From Nostoc sp. (GTDB lineage Bacteria; Cyanobacteriota; Cyanobacteriia; Cyanobacteriales; Nostocaceae): a stretch of 64,000 nucleotides of DNA. Position numbers and translations under genes: made by a program. Numbering within the stretch: the first letter of the stretch is position 1; every line of letters begins with the position of its first letter. This document shows positions 61,381 through 64,000 of the stretch, piece by piece. The stretch spans positions 145,073 through 209,072 of the forward strand of contig JBALDB010000005.1 of the NCBI GenBank assembly GCA_036918135.1. Direction: 5' to 3'. Below the pieces are notes generated by a model. That model did not search any database. It was not told where the DNA came from and saw only the letters and a list, made by a program, of their open reading frames with translations.

Positions 61381-64000
61381 ATGGCTAATCCAACCATTTA
61401 CACTGTGGGCGGGACTGTGCAGGCTGGCGGTGGGATTTATATTCCCCGTCAAGCTGATGAAGAATTGCTCGGTTTATGTCGCTTGGCAACTTTCGCTTAT
61501 GTGCTGACACCGCGTCAAATGGGTAAGTCTAGCCTGATGGTACGCACGGCGCAAACGCTAATGGATGAGGGAATTAGCTCGGTAATTGTTGACCTCCAGG
61601 AATTGGGAGCAAATCTCACAGCCGAACAGTGGTATTTTGGCTTTTTGGTGAAGCTAGATGACCAACTGATGTTTGATACAGATGTGGTGAGTTGGTGGCG
61701 AGAACACGAGCATCTGGGAATATCGCAACGGCTGACACAATTTTTTGAGAAGGTTTTGCTGGCTGAAGTTGCAGGGCAAGTGGTGATTTTTGTCGATGAA
61801 ATTGACTCTACCCTCAGTCTCGATTTTACCGATGATTTTTTTATCGCCATTCGTTATCTCTATGTTGCCCGTGCTACTAATCCGGAATTTGGGCGGCTTT
61901 CTTTTGTCTTGATGGGGGTAACGACTCCCGGCGATTTAATCAGCGATGCCAAGCGCACGCCGTTTAATATTGGACAGCGCGTAGATTTAACTGATTTTAC
62001 CTTTGACGAAGCTTTACCCTTAGCTGAGGGATTGCAATTACCTGACGATGACGCCCAGCAGATATTACGCCAAGTATTAAAGTGGACAGGGGGACACCCT
62101 TATTTAACCCAGCGTCTCTGTGGTGCCTTGATAGCAAACAGTAACGAATCTGTAGAGACGCGATTCATCGCGTCTCCTCAAAGCATCGATGTAGACAGAA
62201 TAGTTAACAGTACATTTTTTGGCGCGATGAGCGAGCAAGATAATAACTTGCAGTTTGTCCGCGATATGCTGACTAAACGCTCACCAGACCCAGAGATTTT
62301 GACTATTTACCGCCAGATTCGTTTGGGTAAGCGGGCGGTTGTCGATGAGGAGCAGTCCTTAGCTAAATCTCACTTGAAACTGTCGGGGGTGGTGCGGCGA
62401 GAGAATAATGTTTTGCGGGTGCGAAATCAAATCTATCGGCAGGTATTCGATTATAAATGGATTAATAAACATTTGCCGTTTAACTTACGGGATAGGTGGG
62501 AGCGTCTAAAACCTGCACTTCCTTATGTGGCGGCACTAGTATTATTTTCGGGTTTGATGACAGGTGTCGCTGTGTATGTTAACCAGCAACGTCTGATTGC
62601 CCAAAATGCCCTTCAAGAGGTAGAAAAACAGCAAGTAAATTCAAAAATCCTTATCCAAAGTCTCAAATCACAAAACCTGTTGGCATCAAATTTAGAGCTT
62701 GACGCTTTAGTAGCAGGCTTGAACTTAGGAAAACAACTCAAAAAACAGGATAAAAATGTAGAACCAGATACCCGCGTTTTGGCAGTAGCCACACTTCAAC
62801 AGGTAATTTATGGAGTCAAGGAACGTAACCGACTAGAAGGTCATAGCAGTTTCGTTACTAGCGTGGCATTTAGCCCCGATGGGCAAACCATTGCCTCTGC
62901 CAGTTATGACAAGACAGTGAAGCTGTGGAATCGCAACGGGCAACTATTACAAACTCTCCCAGGTCATGGCGGTTTAGTTACTAGTGTGGCATTTAGCCCC
63001 GATGGGCAAACCATTGCCTCTGCTAGTTATGACAAGACGGTGAAGCTGTGGAATCGCAACGGTAAACTGTTACAAACTCTTCAAGGTCATAGCAATTCGG
63101 TTTTTAGTGTGGCATTTAGCCCCGACGGTCAAACCATTGCCTCTGCCAGTTTTGACAAGACAGTGAAGCTGTGGAATCGCAACGGTAAACTGTTACAAAC
63201 TCTCCAAGGTCATAGCAGTTTGGTTACTAGCGTCGCATTTAGCCCTGACGGTCAAACTATTGCCTCTGCCAGTGGTGACAAGACGGTGAAGCTGTGGAAT
63301 CACAACGGTAAACTGTTACATACTCTCCAAGGTCATAGCAGTTTGGTTACTAGCGTCGCATTTAGCCCCGACAGTCAAACCATTGCCTCTGCCAGTGCAG
63401 ACAACACGGTGAAGCTGTGGAATCGCAACGGGCAACTGTTACGAATTCTCTTAGGTCATAGCAATTCGGTTACTAGTGTGGCATTTAGCCCTGACAGTCA
63501 AACCATTGCCTCTGCCAGTGCAGACAACACGGTGAAGCTGTGGAATCGCAACGGGCAGGCGTTACAAACTCTCCAAAGTCATAGCAATTCGGTTACTAGC
63601 GTGGCATTTAGCCCCGACAGTCAAACCATTGCCTCTGCCAGTTATGACAAGACGGTGAAGCTGTGGAATCGTAACGGGCAGCCGTTACAAACTCTCCAAG
63701 GTCATAACAGTTCGGTTTTTAGCGTGGCATTTAGCCCCGACGGTCAAACCATTGCCTCTGCCAGTGGTGACAAGACGGTGAAACTGTGGAATCACAACGG
63801 TAAACTATTACAAACTCTCCAAAGTCATAGCGGTTCGGTTACTAGCGTGGCATTTAGCCCCGACGGTCAAACCATTGCCTCTGCCAGTGAAGACAACACG
63901 GTGATGCTGTGGAATCGTAACGGGCAGCCGTTACAAACTCTCCAAGGTCATAACAGTTCGGTTTTTAGCGTGGCATTTAGCCCCGACGGTCAAACCATTG
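61381..64000 (+). CDS. AAA_35 ATPase - TM - WD40 repeat protein (3' end outside window; absent from ORF track)
   Basis: MANPTIYTVGGTVQAG..YIPRQAD..TPRQMGKSSL, FVDEID, WTGGHPYLTQ; hydrophobic LPYVAALVLFSGLMTGVAVYV; 123-nt WD40 units from 62839 (9 full plus 1 partial). Confidence 0.92.
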   Translation, partial: MANPTIYTVGGTVQAGGGIYIPRQADEELLGLCRLATFAYVLTPRQMGKSSLMVRTAQTLMDEGISSVIVDLQELGANLTAEQWYFGFLVKLDDQLMFDTDVVSWWREHEHLGISQRLTQFFEKVLLAEVAGQVVIFVDEIDSTLSLDFTDDFFIAIRYLYVARATNPEFGRLSFVLMGVTTPGDLISDAKRTPFNIGQRVDLTDFTFDEALPLAEGLQLPDDDAQQILRQVLKWTGGHPYLTQRLCGALIANSNESVETRFIASPQSIDVDRIVNSTFFGAMSEQDNNLQFVRDMLTKRSPDPEILTIYRQIRLGKRAVVDEEQSLAKSHLKLSGVVRRENNVLRVRNQIYRQVFDYKWINKHLPFNLRDRWERLKPALPYVAALVLFSGLMTGVAVYVNQQRLIAQNALQEVEKQQVNSKILIQSLKSQNLLASNLELDALVAGLNLGKQLKKQDKNVEPDTRVLAVATLQQVIYGVKERNRLEGHSSFVTSVAFSPDGQTIASASYDKTVKLWNRNGQLLQTLPGHGGLVTSVAFSPDGQTIASASYDKTVKLWNRNGKLLQTLQGHSNSVFSVAFSPDGQTIASASFDKTVKLWNRNGKLLQTLQGHSSLVTSVAFSPDGQTIASASGDKTVKLWNHNGKLLHTLQGHSSLVTSVAFSPDSQTIASASADNTVKLWNRNGQLLRILLGHSNSVTSVAFSPDSQTIASASADNTVKLWNRNGQALQTLQSHSNSVTSVAFSPDSQTIASASYDKTVKLWNRNGQPLQTLQGHNSSVFSVAFSPDGQTIASASGDKTVKLWNHNGKLLQTLQSHSGSVTSVAFSPDGQTIASASEDNTVMLWNRNGQPLQTLQGHNSSVFSVAFSPDGQTI

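Noticed and set aside
62839..64000. Diversity-generating retroelement acting on the WD40 repeats
   Set aside because: No reverse transcriptase or template repeat in the window, and variation is not confined to adenines.

Overview
Chromosomal window from a heterocystous, Nostoc-type cyanobacterium. Evidence for this is abundant HIP1 (GCGATCGC), heptamer STRR repeats, isiA genes and Nostoc-style miniature repeats. From left to right it contains: (1) the start of a cyanobactin RiPP cluster on the minus strand (PatA protease, two single-core PatE-type precursors, PatB, then a jacalin-lectin gene running off the edge), interleaved with a DUF433/PIN toxin-antitoxin pair and a broken RAYT/IS200-like transposase; (2) a CHAT-TPR, DUF928 and AAA_35-CHASE2 module; (3) housekeeping and signalling genes (selO, rimJ, bioB, aroB, isiA and an isiA-psaL fusion with Fur-like boxes, kinases, crtE, folD, fni, sat); (4) an AT-rich three-gene island (COMM-domain-like protein, helical protein, Cys/His papain-like protein) beside an integrase relic, my best candidate for an undescribed system; (5) a repeat and IS hotspot; (6) a pseudo-caspase followed by head-to-head TIR-AAA_35 and AAA_35-TM-WD40 genes separated by a 21-bp tandem array. 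I saw no rRNA, tRNA or CRISPR array. All family calls come from motif recognition by eye; no searches were run.
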